The notes beneath the pieces are model-generated. The model saw only the letters and a list, made by a program, of their open reading frames with translations, did not search any database and was not told the origin of the DNA. DNA of 64,000 nucleotides from Eledone cirrhosa (lineage: Eukaryota). Below, piece by piece: positions 62,932-64,000 of the stretch (position 1 is the first letter of the stretch; every line of letters starts with the position of its first letter). The stretch is taken from positions 49,352,001 to 49,416,000 of the forward strand of contig OZ024748.1 in the NCBI GenBank assembly GCA_964016885.1, given 5' to 3'. The position numbers were made by a program, and so were the translations under genes.

Positions 62932-63661
62932 CTGCCAGGAAAGAAATGAAGGAAAAATATAACATTTCTAGAAAGTTATGACTACTTAACTCTTCCATTA
63001 CCATATTTCTAATGAAATACACTGCCTAGAGTTTTCAAACCATTTTGAAAATAATCAAGAATTTAGGAGGGATTTAGTAATATAACTAACTTTCTCATTA
63101 TTAAACTGCTGTCTGGAACATGACTTAACAAAGGTTCTTACATAAAACTATGATTGAAAGATTTTAGATAAATATAAACACTTTAAAGTTTAAAGTTTAA
63201 ACCTTTCATCACAATATTTCTAATGAAAGACATTGTCTATAATCTTCAAACCATTTTGAAAATAATCAAGAATTTGGAGGGGTTTAATAATATAACTAAT
63301 TTTCTCACTATTCAGAGTAGCGCCAAAGATCTCGGTCCTGTTACATTGTCTTGGAGAGGTGTAAGTGTATAAGGTCGGAATTTATCAAATCGTCCCAGGT
63401 TTTTCTGGGTCTACCTACTCCGTAACTTCCATCAATTTTGATCGCCCTGCACTTTTGTATACAACTGTCGTCTTTCATGTGCATCACGTGACCATACCAA
63501 CGTAGTCTTCTCTCGAGTAAACAGCATCTGATCCCTCTTATTCTTAATTTCTCACATAGTTTGTTTATGCTTTGCCGTTCGCGTATATTACTACTACACA
63601 TCCAACGGAGTATGCATGCTTATATATATATATATTATATATATATATACATATATATATT

Positions 63662-63696
<35 letters not shown>

Positions 63697-64000
63697 ATAT
63701 GGAGGCACATGGCTTAGTGGTTAGAATGGAGGCACATGGCTTAGTGGTTAGAGCATTGGCCTTGCAATCGAAAGGTTGTGAGTTCAATTCTCAGACCGGG
63801 TGATGTGTTGTTTCCTTGAGCAAGACACTTTATTTCACATTGTTCCAGTTTACTCAGCTGTAGAAATGAGATGATAGGGACTGGGGTCCCCATCATTCCA
63901 CTGTAAAGTGGTCGTGGAGGTGCCACGGCAAAAAAGCACCCAGCACTCACTGTAAATGAGGTTGGTGTTAGGAAGGGCATCCAGCTGTAGAAATCAAGCC

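Overview
AT-rich, microsatellite- and retroposon-dense animal DNA; the SINE/RTE/Penelope repertoire suggests an octopod cephalopod (inference). Two multi-exon genes lie in tandem on the minus strand. PIGN (GPI ethanolamine-phosphate transferase 1): 26 coding exons reconstructed from 62931 to the TGA stop at 22673, all phases consistent, about 787 codons; its 5' exons lie beyond the window. SPG11 (spatacsin): first 7 coding exons from ATG 18278 to 215, 633 codons, continuing off the left edge. Three introns have U12-type signals (GTATCCTT donor plus TCCTTAAC-like branch site). Introns hold tRNA-derived SINEs, RTE, R4/Dong, Tx1/L1 and Penelope-like (GIY-YIG) fragments, MITEs and several 47-50 bp minisatellites. 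Most notable: (1) several families of minimal type I hammerhead ribozymes in (TA)n-embedded fold-back elements, probably Penelope pLTRs, some on the sense strand of the pre-mRNAs; (2) a family of half-hammerhead palindromes whose two arms co-vary within each copy; (3) an inverted copy of a PIGN active-site exon 13.6 kb downstream in the same pre-mRNA, a candidate ADAR editing-complementary sequence. Gene identities and human exon comparisons come from recalled sequences; no searches were run.
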